From a virus, in IMG/VR virus record IMGVR_UViG_3300029049_000006: 64,000 bases of DNA. One strand, given 5' to 3'. Position 1 is the first letter of the stretch, and every line of letters begins with the position of its first letter. Under the pieces are notes generated by a model that searched no databases, was not told where the DNA came from, and saw nothing but the letters and a program-made list of their open reading frames with translations. Shown here one piece after another: positions 39,369 through 48,756 of the stretch. The translations under genes and the position numbers were made by a program.

Positions 39369-39910
39369 CATTAAGTGACACTAACAAAACTGCTGTTGAG
39401 GCCGGAGCCGGGAATGATTCTGCCCGGATTCCTGGCCGCAAAAAAAAATACGAGACAAAGCGTGAAATGCAGATAGCGAAAAACCGCTACCACAAAACGC
39501 TGACCTACAAAGTCAAAAACCGGGCGCGGTATCATGTGGATTCCGACTACCGGGAATCGGTACGATTGCAAAACCGGAAAGCAAATGAGCGGAAGAAACG
39601 CATCATGCTGGCGCAGGCAGTCGTCCGGGGAGGGAAGTACCTGCGTGCGGTGATGAATGAACCGCCCATTGTCGTTGCCGGAGAAGAGCTGATAACAAGA
39701 AAAAGATTTTTGGAGTTAATCAGCCGGTCATATCCAACCCTGGTACGGTGGAGGGCACACAGAAAATTTACCGTGGAGGAAGTGCATATTTCCGTGGTCC
39801 GGAACGGTCGAGTTGTCCCCCGTCTGGAACAGATAGCCTACCGGAAAAAAGATTTAATCCAATTCATCGATGCCAACCGTGAATATGTCGGACTGACGAA
39901 AACGAGCTAA
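39365..39910 (+). CDS. hypothetical basic protein
   Basis: 181 aa, Lys/Arg-rich; ATGA overlap with helicase stop. Confidence 0.4.
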   Translation: MTLSDTNKTAVEAGAGNDSARIPGRKKKYETKREMQIAKNRYHKTLTYKVKNRARYHVDSDYRESVRLQNRKANERKKRIMLAQAVVRGGKYLRAVMNEPPIVVAGEELITRKRFLELISRSYPTLVRWRAHRKFTVEEVHISVVRNGRVVPRLEQIAYRKKDLIQFIDANREYVGLTKTS

Positions 39911-39920
39911 CTCTTTTCCT

Positions 39921-39939
39921 ATTTGCAATGATTGCAAAT
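39921..39939. promoter_or_regulatory. 21-bp palindrome copy
   Basis: ATTTGCAATGATTGCAAAT followed by T7. Confidence 0.8.
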
Positions 39940-39972
39940 TTTTTTCGCAAAAACCAGAAACAGAAATAAACC

Positions 39973-40350
39973 ATGAGTCAAGAAACATCCAATCGTTCCA
40001 GAGCGTTGCCCCCGCAGGGAGGTTCCGCTATCGTAGAAACCGCCGTCACGCAGAACCGCGTTCCGGTAACGGGCGGCGCGCATTCCATGCCGCTGAATCC
40101 GTTGTACAATGATAACCGCCCGTCAAATAACCCGGCGTATGTGGCCGTCGGCGCGTCCTTGACGCTTCCGGGGCGGCAAATGTATTCATCCGTGAAAATT
40201 ATGGCCACAGTCACCCTTCCGGCTTTTCCGGACGATGAATCCATTCAGGCTGCGGCGCAGGCCGCCGGAAATATGGCGGAAACGTTTTTATACGAAGAAG
40301 CCGACCGTTTTAAAGACTTTCTTCCGGAAGAAGGGAGGGGGCGTTGCTGA
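39973..40350 (+). CDS. hypothetical protein
   Basis: 125-aa ORF. Confidence 0.4.
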   Translation: MSQETSNRSRALPPQGGSAIVETAVTQNRVPVTGGAHSMPLNPLYNDNRPSNNPAYVAVGASLTLPGRQMYSSVKIMATVTLPAFPDDESIQAAAQAAGNMAETFLYEEADRFKDFLPEEGRGRC

Positions 40351-41576
40351 TGGCCGGGGAATCGCCAAAACGGTCGAGGTCGCAAAAAGCATCCGCCCCG
40401 GCGGGGCTGGCCGAACTGCGTGCCGACCTCGTGAAAGGCGGGCGTGGGCGGGCTATGGACGGCAGCCGCATCGGCGTAGATGACTGGATGATTCCCACGG
40501 GAATCTTCCACTTGGATTACGCTTTTTTGGGCGGCATCCAGGAAGGCCAGGTGACGATGTTCCTGGGGCTTCCGTCCGCGCATAAAACGACTATCGCCCT
40601 GAAAACCATTGCCGGGCTGCACCGGAAATACCCGGATAAATGGGCGGTGCTTGTGGATGCGGAAGACAACTACGACCAGAAATATTCACAGGATTTGGGC
40701 ATTGATACCGACCGCCTGGAAGTCATCAAACCCTTTGACGGGCCTACCGCCGTTGATGCGCTGGAAGCCGCATTGCGCGTCCCGGAAGTAGGGCTTGTCG
40801 TGCTGGATTCCATCCCTGCCTGTTCCGGGATGCAGGTGCTTACCAAATCGGCGGAAGATGCGAGCGTGTCGGAATTGGCGACAATCATGAGCCGGATGGC
40901 AAGTAAAATCACCTCGACGCTGGTGACGGAAAAAGAAAAAGGGCATCTGGTGTCCGTTATTCTTTTAAATCAGTTCCGTTCTAAAATCGGCGTCATGTTC
41001 GGGAATCCGCTGACCAGCCCCGGAGGTTATTTTATCAACCACCTGGCGACGAGAAAAATCGTGTTCCGGTCAAAGTCCATTCTTCAAAGCACCAGCCTGG
41101 ATGAAAAAGCGGAAGGAGTGGCCCAGATTTCTTTCACGGTGGAAAAATCAAAGTTCGGCGGTCCTGTCCGGGCTGGGGAATTTTTCATGTCGCATCTTCC
41201 GCAGGGCTACCCGGTGATGAACCCGTCGGCAACCAAGGAAAGCACCCGCATCTGCGTCAACCGCCCCTATTTACAGGGGGAGGTGATTGAAGAGCCGCAG
41301 GTAGTCCAGCTGGCCGTGAAATACGGGCTGCTTTCCGGCGCGGGGGCCAACATGTCCTGTCCGCTTGTCTCCCAGGAAAAGATGTCCAAGACGCAATGGA
41401 TGCTGTGGCTTAGGGACCACCCGGAAGAATCGGCTGTGCTCAAGGCAAACCTTGTCGCTCTGTACCGGGCGTACTCCAACCGCCAAACGGTTCCGGTTGA
41501 CGGGTATCTGCTCGGAGTCGGAAAAGATAGGATTCTGCCGGAGGAAAGCCTCCGGAAGATTATCGCCAACATGTGA
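40344..41576 (+). CDS. RecA/UvsX-like recombinase
   Basis: FLGLPSAHKTTIALKTIAG Walker A; VLVDAEDNYDQKYSQDLGIDTDRLEV...GLVVLDSIPAC matches RecA core. Confidence 0.75.
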   Translation: MLMAGESPKRSRSQKASAPAGLAELRADLVKGGRGRAMDGSRIGVDDWMIPTGIFHLDYAFLGGIQEGQVTMFLGLPSAHKTTIALKTIAGLHRKYPDKWAVLVDAEDNYDQKYSQDLGIDTDRLEVIKPFDGPTAVDALEAALRVPEVGLVVLDSIPACSGMQVLTKSAEDASVSELATIMSRMASKITSTLVTEKEKGHLVSVILLNQFRSKIGVMFGNPLTSPGGYFINHLATRKIVFRSKSILQSTSLDEKAEGVAQISFTVEKSKFGGPVRAGEFFMSHLPQGYPVMNPSATKESTRICVNRPYLQGEVIEEPQVVQLAVKYGLLSGAGANMSCPLVSQEKMSKTQWMLWLRDHPEESAVLKANLVALYRAYSNRQTVPVDGYLLGVGKDRILPEESLRKIIANM

Positions 41577-41588
41577 GGTGGGGGGGGT

Positions 41589-41948
41589 ATGAAACAACCA
41601 AAACGTTTAGGGGTTTTGACGCAGAGCCGGGCCTATAACCACGCCCCGGTACAGGAGCGGGAAGCCGCGAAAAGGCTTGGCGGGCGTACCACTCCGGCAT
41701 CCGGCTCCCTCCGGGAAAAAGGTGATGTGCGTGTTTCCGGCATTCTTCGTTTGGAGTGTAAGGCGACTTCAAAAAAATCGTTTTCCGTCACCAGGGACAT
41801 GGTGCGGAAAATCACGGAAGCCGGAGAACTTTCCGGGGAGCTGCCCGCCATTGAAATTGAGTTTCTTCCCTTGGCCGGGCAATTTCACGGGAGGGTTGCC
41901 GTTGTTCCGGCATACGTTCTGAATCAACTTGTTACCGGGGAAAAATAG
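41589..41948 (+). CDS. hypothetical protein (possible PD-(D/E)xK-type nuclease)
   Basis: GDVRVSGILRLECK D...E.K-like pattern; weak. Confidence 0.3.
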   Translation: MKQPKRLGVLTQSRAYNHAPVQEREAAKRLGGRTTPASGSLREKGDVRVSGILRLECKATSKKSFSVTRDMVRKITEAGELSGELPAIEIEFLPLAGQFHGRVAVVPAYVLNQLVTGEK

Positions 41949-41949
41949 C

Positions 41950-42906
41950 ATGGATAAGCAACAATTACTTCGCCGCCTTGGCTGGGAGCGTTCCCAGCCT
42001 CGGATAACCGTATCGGAAGCGGCGCATCCGACACAGGGGCCGTCGTCATCATTGGGGAGGGTTGACCTCCCCTCGGCGATTTCCGGAACGGTCGAACTTG
42101 AATCGCTGTCCGATATTTTGAACCGGGCCAGCAGGCAGCTTCACGAGTCTGAAAGGGTGCATGCGGATTGCCTGCACGTATCAAGTCTGATAGGCGATTA
42201 TTTATGCCCCCGCCGGATTTGGCTTGCGAGGCATCACCACCTCACGGCTGTCAGCCGGGTCAGCCCCGCAATGAAAATTGTGTGGGACATGGGCCGGGCA
42301 TGCGAAAAAACTGTCCGCGATTTGCTGATTGCCGGAATGGGCCGGTCAAGAGTTCTTGGAAAGTGGTCATGTGCGTGCGGAAAAACGTCGCACGTCGGAC
42401 AGGGTCAGGAAATTCATTGCAGTATCTGCGATACCGACTGCGCTATTTATGGCGAAGCTGACCTGTACTATTCGCCGCTAAAGATTTTCGGGCATTCCGA
42501 TTTTATTTATCTGGACGAAAACCGGAACGTCAATGTCGTGGAGATTAAATCCATCAATAAATCCGACTGGCTTGCATTATCGGAGCCGAAGCGTGACCAC
42601 GTTGCCCAGGTCTCCATGTATTACTTTATGCTGCGGGAGTCGATGGGGCAGGAGCGCATGTATCCGGGTGCGCAGATTATTTATGTGTGCAAGGATTACA
42701 TTACGCGGCAAATGCCGTGGAAGTGCTACACCGTCCCGCAGGGAACCTGTGAAGCCGTATCCGAAGAGGTTTTACGCACGGCAACCGCAGTCCAGAGCGG
42801 ATACGCTCCCGCCTGCCCGCCCCGGCTGATGTGCTGCACGTCGCCGGATTGCCTCACGTCCCGAAATTGTATTGCATGCGCCGTTTGTTTTATGCACAAT
42901 GATTAA
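41950..42906 (+). CDS. PD-(D/E)xK nuclease, Cas4/RecB-like with Cys cluster
   Basis: IYLDENRNVNVVEIKS (D...EiK); N-terminal Cys plus C-terminal CPPRLMCCTSPDCLTSRNCIACAVC cluster suggestive of Fe-S. Confidence 0.5.
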   Translation: MDKQQLLRRLGWERSQPRITVSEAAHPTQGPSSSLGRVDLPSAISGTVELESLSDILNRASRQLHESERVHADCLHVSSLIGDYLCPRRIWLARHHHLTAVSRVSPAMKIVWDMGRACEKTVRDLLIAGMGRSRVLGKWSCACGKTSHVGQGQEIHCSICDTDCAIYGEADLYYSPLKIFGHSDFIYLDENRNVNVVEIKSINKSDWLALSEPKRDHVAQVSMYYFMLRESMGQERMYPGAQIIYVCKDYITRQMPWKCYTVPQGTCEAVSEEVLRTATAVQSGYAPACPPRLMCCTSPDCLTSRNCIACAVCFMHND

Positions 42907-42930
42907 ACATTAAAGATAGATAGACGATTT

Positions 42931-43158
42931 ATGTTTTCACAGCCAGTATCCCCCGCCGTAGTCCGTACTTGCCGGATGTACGGAGTTCCTGAGGCCCTTG
43001 CCCCGATATGCCGGAATTTGACGAAGACGGGAATCAAAAAATTAGGAAGAGCGTATAAGGATTATACCGTCAAATGCGGAGCTGACCTGACCTGCGCTGA
43101 TGCCAGCAACTGGGGCGGAACCGTCATGCGAATCTTACGTGATTACCGGAAAAAATGA
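42931..43158 (+). CDS. hypothetical small protein
   Basis: 75-aa ORF; ATGA overlap with ruvC start. Confidence 0.3.
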   Translation: MFSQPVSPAVVRTCRMYGVPEALAPICRNLTKTGIKKLGRAYKDYTVKCGADLTCADASNWGGTVMRILRDYRKK

Positions 43159-43724
43159 ACATCCTCGGCATTGACCCGTCCCTGACTGCTACCGGGCTTT
43201 ATTTGCGGGAAACCGGGCTTATGGCCGCCCCGGAATCCACGCTGATTGCCCCAAAAAATTTGAGGGACATGGAGCGGCTGTGTTTTATCCGCGACTTCCT
43301 TCTCGGATTCATCAACAGAGACCGGGCGTTTTCTCCTGAATTGGCAGTCATTGAAGGGTATGCAATGGGAGCGAAAACCCATACACATGACCTCGGCGAA
43401 GCCGGGGCTATGCTGAAAACTGCGGTTTACGAGGCGGGAATTGACCTGCTGATAGTCCCGCCCGCCACGCTGAAAAAGTTCATCACGGGAAGCGGGAACA
43501 GCAAAAAACAGGTGATGATGGTGGAAGCGCTTTCCCGGTATCATGTCAAAATTACCGATGATAATATTTGTGATGCGTTCTGCCTGACACATTTTGGGGA
43601 AGCCTGGTACGCGGCTAATGCTTTTGGCCGTACAGCGGGAAAAATCGGCATCACAAAAAGCCAGTATGCCTGCCTGTCCGCCGCCCGGCTGGTTCCTGGC
43701 CGCAAACGGTCGTCTCGGAGATAA
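43155..43724 (+). CDS. ruvC: RuvC-like Holliday junction resolvase
   Basis: MNILGIDPSLTATG; AVIEGYAMG; FITGSGNSKKQVMMVEAL; DDNICDAFCLTHFG. Confidence 0.75.
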   Translation: MNILGIDPSLTATGLYLRETGLMAAPESTLIAPKNLRDMERLCFIRDFLLGFINRDRAFSPELAVIEGYAMGAKTHTHDLGEAGAMLKTAVYEAGIDLLIVPPATLKKFITGSGNSKKQVMMVEALSRYHVKITDDNICDAFCLTHFGEAWYAANAFGRTAGKIGITKSQYACLSAARLVPGRKRSSRR

Positions 43725-43749
43725 CCGGCTGCCGGTTTTTCCTTTTTCC

Positions 43750-43893
43750 AATTTGCAATCATTGCAAATTTTTTTCGCTGATTGTGTAATTTTATCTTGC
43801 AATTTCTAAAAAATAATGCTAAATTACATTCATCAAAGGGAGGGAATCCCTGAGAGAAAAAACCTAAAAACCTAAAAAACCTGTTAGACTAAA
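43750..43893 (+). promoter_or_regulatory. palindrome plus promoter plus structured-leader cassette
   Basis: Palindrome 43750-43770; TCTTGCAATTTCTAAAAAATAATGCTAAATTAC; hairpin AGGGA-gggaa-TCCCT 43837-43851; A-rich; ATG 43894. Confidence 0.65.
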
Positions 43894-44481
43894 ATGAATG
43901 CGATTGAAACCATGAGCCAGAAAGAGCTGAAAGAATATTACGCCGCTCTCACTTGCGGGGAAGGAACCAAGGCGGCTAAATGGACTATATCCGGTGCTTT
44001 TGAGATTGTAAAATTGTCTGACGGAAAACTTTATAAAATAGAAAAGCACCAGCTGGAAACTTCCTTCTGCTTTGGCTACGACGTAACGGAAGAATCGGAA
44101 CGCCGCGCGGATTCCCTGGCAGCGGACGCTAAAACTTATGAGGCGTTTTTGGCCGCCAATCTGGAAACCATAGCGCGGGACATTAACCGGCTGGAAAAGG
44201 CTATCGCCAATGGCAATACACCGCAGTTCGACGGCACGAAAGCCTTCTACTCCTGCAACGCTTATGTCAACGGACCAGATACGGCGGTATGCGTATTTTT
44301 CATGAACTGGATGAACGATTTCCGGGGTATGGAAAACACACACCTTACTTCCGTGTCCGACCTTGAGCTGATTATTGCCGCCTTGAAGCGCAAGGCGGAA
44401 AACGTCCGGAAGCGTTGCCTTTCCTACTGGAAAAAATACGGGGCCAGCAAGCTTAATGTCTGGACGTATTACCGTGATTGA
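43894..44481 (+). CDS. hypothetical protein
   Basis: 195-aa ORF directly after cassette. Confidence 0.45.
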   Translation: MNAIETMSQKELKEYYAALTCGEGTKAAKWTISGAFEIVKLSDGKLYKIEKHQLETSFCFGYDVTEESERRADSLAADAKTYEAFLAANLETIARDINRLEKAIANGNTPQFDGTKAFYSCNAYVNGPDTAVCVFFMNWMNDFRGMENTHLTSVSDLELIIAALKRKAENVRKRCLSYWKKYGASKLNVWTYYRD

Positions 44482-44484
44482 ACA

Positions 44485-44623
44485 TTTGCAACGATTGCAA
44501 ATTTTTTTCTCAAAAAGATTCTTTTTTCTCTTGCAATTTCTAAAAAAGAATGATAAATTGAGTTCATCAAAGGGAGGGAAACCTCCCAAGAATAAAAAAC
44601 CTAAAAACCTGAAAGACAAGATT
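44485..44623 (+). promoter_or_regulatory. palindrome (1 mismatch) plus promoter plus structured-leader cassette
   Basis: ATTTGCAACGATTGCAAAT; TCTTGCAATTTCTAAAAAAGAATGATAAATTGAG; hairpin GGGAGG-GAAA-CCTCCC 44572-44587; ATG 44624. Confidence 0.65.
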
Positions 44624-44836
44624 ATGAACAACAAAGAAACATTCTATCTGGTTGAAGTTTACCACCTCGGAACTGCTGTTGGCAGCCTTATTTCCCTTGA
44701 CCATGTGCACCGTTGCAAGTCCCTGGAATCTGCGAAAGACTTTGGTTCCATCATGAAAGAAAAAAATGGGTGGTTTGAAGTAACGGAAATTACTTCCAAA
44801 GGCCGTTCCATTGTGTTTGACTCCCGCAACAACTAA
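44624..44836 (+). CDS. hypothetical small protein
   Basis: 70 aa. Confidence 0.4.
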   Translation: MNNKETFYLVEVYHLGTAVGSLISLDHVHRCKSLESAKDFGSIMKEKNGWFEVTEITSKGRSIVFDSRNN

Positions 44837-44848
44837 CCCGTCAGGACG

Positions 44849-45037
44849 ATGAAAGTACAGGCTAAAGTTATTACCGAACAGGAGTGCAAATGGCACGGGG
44901 TTGCCCTTCAAGATATGGAAGTGGCGGAAATCCGGGTTGCTGCCTGGTTCCTTACTGAAAAGTCTTGTGGAATAAAAAACCGTCAATATGATTTTGAAGG
45001 GGTCAAGGCTAAAAAAAAGCGGCATCCTCGGAAGTAA
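44849..45037 (+). CDS. hypothetical small protein
   Basis: 62 aa. Confidence 0.3.
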   Translation: MKVQAKVITEQECKWHGVALQDMEVAEIRVAAWFLTEKSCGIKNRQYDFEGVKAKKKRHPRK

Positions 45038-45276
45038 CGCAAATGCTGGTTCTGGGAGTCGTTTTTTCATGAAATCAAAAGCACAAGCCGCCATTGATAT
45101 CCTTCTCAAAATGCGGAACACGGAATGGGAAAATCGGTATAAAGAAAACGGCATTAAGTTTGAAACCTGCGTGAATATCTAAAATCCTCAAGCCCCTCTT
45201 TGGAGGGGCAAGACCCCTCCACCGCAACCAGAAAAACTTTTCAGCAGTAAAAATTTTCGGTGGTACTAATTAGGTT

Positions 45277-45324
45277 CTGCCCCCTTTTCCGGCATTCCGT
45301 TGCTGGGAAGGGGGCAGTTTTTTT
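45277..45324 (+). terminator. intrinsic terminator
   Basis: 10-bp stem CTGCCCCCTT/AAGGGGGCAG, ~21-nt loop, T7. Confidence 0.55.
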
Positions 45325-45488
45325 GCGTCAATTTGTAGTGGTATTTTTAATTTTAGCGCACAAATAACTATATATTGCGGCTATTTTCGTAAACGGTTGA
45401 CTTTGAGAAAAATAAACTCTTGAACCGGTTTGGCGGCAAGTTAAGATGCCGGAGGTTAAACACTAGTTTGGCTGTCTTCTATCTTTTC

Positions 45489-45532
45489 GGCCCCTAATTC
45501 GGAGTGATGCCCGGATTAGGGGCCTTTTTTTT
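45489..45532 (+). terminator. strong intrinsic terminator
   Basis: 10-bp perfect stem GGCCCCTAAT/ATTAGGGGCC, 16-nt loop, T8. Confidence 0.7.
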
Positions 45533-45536
45533 CTTC

Positions 45537-45681
45537 AATTTGCAACCATTGCAAATTTTTTTCTCAAAAAGATTCTTTTTTCTCTTGCAATTCAGAAAAA
45601 ATAATGCTAAATTACATTCATCAAAGGGAGGGAATCCCTAAGAGAAAAAACTTAAAAACCTAAAAAACCTGTTAGACTAAA
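45537..45681 (+). promoter_or_regulatory. palindrome (1 mismatch) plus promoter plus structured-leader cassette
   Basis: AATTTGCAACCATTGCAAATT; same cassette as 43750; ATG 45682. Confidence 0.65.
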
Positions 45682-45951
45682 ATGAATACCGTAACCGAAA
45701 CTGAAATCAAGTTAGGCTCCAAAATTAAACCGACTTGGAAGCTTTCCAGGGTGCGTGCGATTGTCGGAAAGGAAACCGAAAAGGCAATCCGTATTGACCT
45801 CGATTATAGCAGCAGGTCTGAATATCATTGGCTTCCAAAAAGCCTTATTGCAGCTATCGAAGAAAAAGAGGACGGAACATGGGCCGGGGATTCTTACATT
45901 ACTCTTCCCACCTGGTTTTGCATCGAAAATGGCTTTGTGACCGAACAATAA
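45682..45951 (+). CDS. hypothetical protein
   Basis: 89 aa. Confidence 0.45.
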   Translation: MNTVTETEIKLGSKIKPTWKLSRVRAIVGKETEKAIRIDLDYSSRSEYHWLPKSLIAAIEEKEDGTWAGDSYITLPTWFCIENGFVTEQ

Positions 45952-45958
45952 AACGCGT

Positions 45959-46153
45959 ATGAAATTCTTTCTGTCTTTCGTTTCCGAAGCAATGGGCGTT
46001 GCCGTGATTGGGTATATGGCCGTATGTGCTTACTGGCTTCTATTTTGCTATCTGGCAACCGACCAGGAGTTTAATTCAACCCTTTATCCTCCCCCGGCAT
46101 ATGTCCAGGCCGCTTTTAACGCGGCGGATTCCCTTTACCACCTGATATTTTAA
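45959..46153 (+). CDS. hypothetical small membrane protein
   Basis: 64 aa, two hydrophobic helices. Confidence 0.35.
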   Translation: MKFFLSFVSEAMGVAVIGYMAVCAYWLLFCYLATDQEFNSTLYPPPAYVQAAFNAADSLYHLIF

Positions 46154-46155
46154 TT

Positions 46156-46758
46156 ATGAAACCCGCTATGCAATCTCAAATGACTGATTTACTGCACGAC
46201 GCTGACCGCCTTTCAGAAGAGGCATATCGTTCCCGGCTGCGCTATCTGGGCAGGCTGGTTGATTCGCCCCAGAATGCCCCCATAGTGCGGAAAGTGCGGA
46301 ATATGGGCGCCAAACGCTGGAACAGCCTGATTCAGCTCGTGCATAACGTGTGCATTGCTTCCGACGAGCCTCTGGGGCTTCATGACCGGAACTGGCTGGA
46401 ATCGGCATTAGGCTACACAGCGTTGCATGTGTTTATTTCCGCCGGAAACCGAAGGCTGATGTTTATCCAGATTATGCTGGACGAGCTGTTTTCCGGGCGG
46501 GAATTCGCGGGCTTTGACCGCATCATCGCCCTTGTGGCCAAAGAGGCCCCCATTGTATATAATGGTTCCGGGCTTTATTACCATATCCCCCCGGTAATCC
46601 GTCAGGAGCTGGAATTAAACGCGGGAAGGGGAAGCGGCGCCAGCGTCCGGAAAAATCTGGAAGACAGCATCCGGCATTTGGACGGCATCAGCCGGAAATG
46701 CACGGGTGTTCCCGTCATCACCCATATGCTTTACTATGGCCTCCGTTTGTTCTCCTGA
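46156..46758 (+). CDS. hypothetical protein
   Basis: 200 aa. Confidence 0.4.
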   Translation: MKPAMQSQMTDLLHDADRLSEEAYRSRLRYLGRLVDSPQNAPIVRKVRNMGAKRWNSLIQLVHNVCIASDEPLGLHDRNWLESALGYTALHVFISAGNRRLMFIQIMLDELFSGREFAGFDRIIALVAKEAPIVYNGSGLYYHIPPVIRQELELNAGRGSGASVRKNLEDSIRHLDGISRKCTGVPVITHMLYYGLRLFS

Positions 46759-47509
46759 TTCCCGGCCCGTTGAGGGCAGTCTGGTAAAACCGGGCTTTTA
46801 CTCTGTGCTGGAAAAATTGCCGCTGGAATACATAGGCCCCTCCGAACGGTTTTTCCTGTGGTTGGAATTTGCTTTTTCCGTCATGTCCGGAACGCCCCTG
46901 AATTCTTCCGTTACCGAAAAAATGAGCGCGGGAAGGGAAGGTTATGAGGCTATCCAGCGCGGGTTTCTGGACTGCATCAGGCTTCTTGGGGACGACATGG
47001 AGCGGAAGCCCTATGAAGACCTGCTGGGAGGTTACCATGAAATGTTGAACAGTCAGATGACCCGGACGGCAAACGGTCAATTTTATACCCCGATGCATGT
47101 CTGCCGTCTTATGGCTAAAATCACCGTATCGGAACAGCTCGTGGAAAAACTGAAACTTGGGGAAGTGATAAAAATGAACGAGCCCGCCTGCGGCTCCGGG
47201 CGCACTATGCTTGCCGTAGCGGAAATACTTTCCGAACACCGCTCCAAGATGCGTGTGATTTGCACCGACATCGACATCCGGGCCTGCTGGATGTGTTTCA
47301 TCAACTTGACTATGTGGGGCATCCCGGCAACGGTCATCCACGGGGATACGCTGTCTGGGAAAGAGTGGGGGCGCTGGGTCAATATGTTTTGGTTGATTGG
47401 AGAGGCGGAAAGAAAACGCCAGCTCAAGGTCAAAAAAATTATAGACGCAGTGCAGAAGCTTTGCCCTGATGAACAAAATATTCCGGCATTTCCCCGGTGC
47501 AGAGACTAA
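46706..47509 (+). CDS. HsdM/N6-adenine-methyltransferase-like protein lacking catalytic motif IV
   Basis: GQFYTPMHVCRLMAKI (TP motif), NEPACGSGRTML (motif I), ICTDIDIRACWMCFINLTMWGI; no NPPF/DPPY downstream before stop; start may be ATG 46883. Confidence 0.45.
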   Translation: MFPSSPICFTMASVCSPDSRPVEGSLVKPGFYSVLEKLPLEYIGPSERFFLWLEFAFSVMSGTPLNSSVTEKMSAGREGYEAIQRGFLDCIRLLGDDMERKPYEDLLGGYHEMLNSQMTRTANGQFYTPMHVCRLMAKITVSEQLVEKLKLGEVIKMNEPACGSGRTMLAVAEILSEHRSKMRVICTDIDIRACWMCFINLTMWGIPATVIHGDTLSGKEWGRWVNMFWLIGEAERKRQLKVKKIIDAVQKLCPDEQNIPAFPRCRD

Positions 47510-48095
47510 CAAAAAAATGAAAGCTAAGAAAAGAGTATTTAACCCGGAAATGCGGGAAGAAATCCGCACGTTTATTACCGACATGATTAGCCGGGGGGCG
47601 GCCTATAATTCCATTGATTTTATCCTGGATTCCCTGGCCGACGATATTAAATCCCTCCGGGAATCCCCAGACTTGTCGCGGAAAGCGGAAACGGAAACCG
47701 CCATTGCCTGGTGTGAGGAACTTTGCAAGCATATTGCGCGTTTGCGCGGAAAATATAACTCCGTAAAAAATCCGTATGACGAAGGTCTGGCGGCCTGCAA
47801 CGTATTGGCTCAAATCAGGATAGACTTGTTGGAACGGTCCACCTCGAAAGAATTTCACCGTAATAACAGCCCGGACGGGAAGACACCGCGGTCAAGCCCT
47901 AATATCAATTATGAGCTTTGCATCGCCATCACGTCCGCTGCGATAAATAATCTGTACCGTCAGATTGATGCGGCGGTGAATTTGCATAACATGAATATCC
48001 TCCTGGGCTTTTACGACGACATCCAGAATGACCGAATCACGCCCCATCTTACCGGATGGGGAGGAAGCCCCGCCGGGGAACCTGAAACCCGTTAA
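47469..48095 (+). CDS. hypothetical protein
   Basis: Alternative start 47517. Confidence 0.4.
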   Translation: MNKIFRHFPGAETNKKMKAKKRVFNPEMREEIRTFITDMISRGAAYNSIDFILDSLADDIKSLRESPDLSRKAETETAIAWCEELCKHIARLRGKYNSVKNPYDEGLAACNVLAQIRIDLLERSTSKEFHRNNSPDGKTPRSSPNINYELCIAITSAAINNLYRQIDAAVNLHNMNILLGFYDDIQNDRITPHLTGWGGSPAGEPETR

Positions 48096-48123
48096 GTTTA
48101 CTTAAACGTCAAAAAAGAAAAAG

Positions 48124-48756
48124 ATGAATACAGCACCAAAAAAACATTCCTGGGTAAGCTGGTTTTACCCGTTTCCCGCCCATTGCGTTATTCTAAACCG
48201 GCTATTCTGCCGGCTTGCAATAGCGAGTCTGGCGCTTCTGGTCGTCCTGCCTCTTTACTGGTTTTTCTTCCCGGACTTGTGGGAGGGCTGGGTGACGGAA
48301 GGGCAGACCATATATTGGATGCTGATTGCCGTTATTTCTGCGGTGGAATGTTCCGACGTTTGGATTTCCCGGTTGAAAATATCCTTGTTCCGGAGGCATT
48401 GCTCCAAGAAAAAAATGCACGATTTATACTTCCGGCAGCAGGTACGGCAGCTTATTATCCAGGAGCGGGGCGTAGTTTACTTTTCCGACTATTTAATTGA
48501 CGGAGAATTTACGCGGAAGCATTTTTTATTTTTATACTGGGAATTTAAATGGGGCCGCTTTCTGACTTTCCGGGAACCCTGGAAAGTGTATGTCGTGATG
48601 CACGAGGATAAGGATTGTGCGTCTATTTTTTCCCGCGATACCTCTTCGGATTTTCATTTGGAGCTTGCTAGACATTTGCCGAGCATTAAAATGGCCGACG
48701 CACACGTTTGTGGCCGCGCCATTTCTATCGACTATGACCATCCCGCTGTTCCGTAA
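48124..48756 (+). CDS. hypothetical membrane protein
   Basis: N-terminal hydrophobic helices. Confidence 0.4.
   Translation: MNTAPKKHSWVSWFYPFPAHCVILNRLFCRLAIASLALLVVLPLYWFFFPDLWEGWVTEGQTIYWMLIAVISAVECSDVWISRLKISLFRRHCSKKKMHDLYFRQQVRQLIIQERGVVYFSDYLIDGEFTRKHFLFLYWEFKWGRFLTFREPWKVYVVMHEDKDCASIFSRDTSSDFHLELARHLPSIKMADAHVCGRAISIDYDHPAVP

Noticed and set aside
43837-43851. GGGAGG in cassette leaders as the Shine-Dalgarno of downstream genes
   Set aside because: It lies ~45-55 nt upstream of the ATG and is sequestered in the conserved stem. It is more plausibly part of the structural 5' hairpin.
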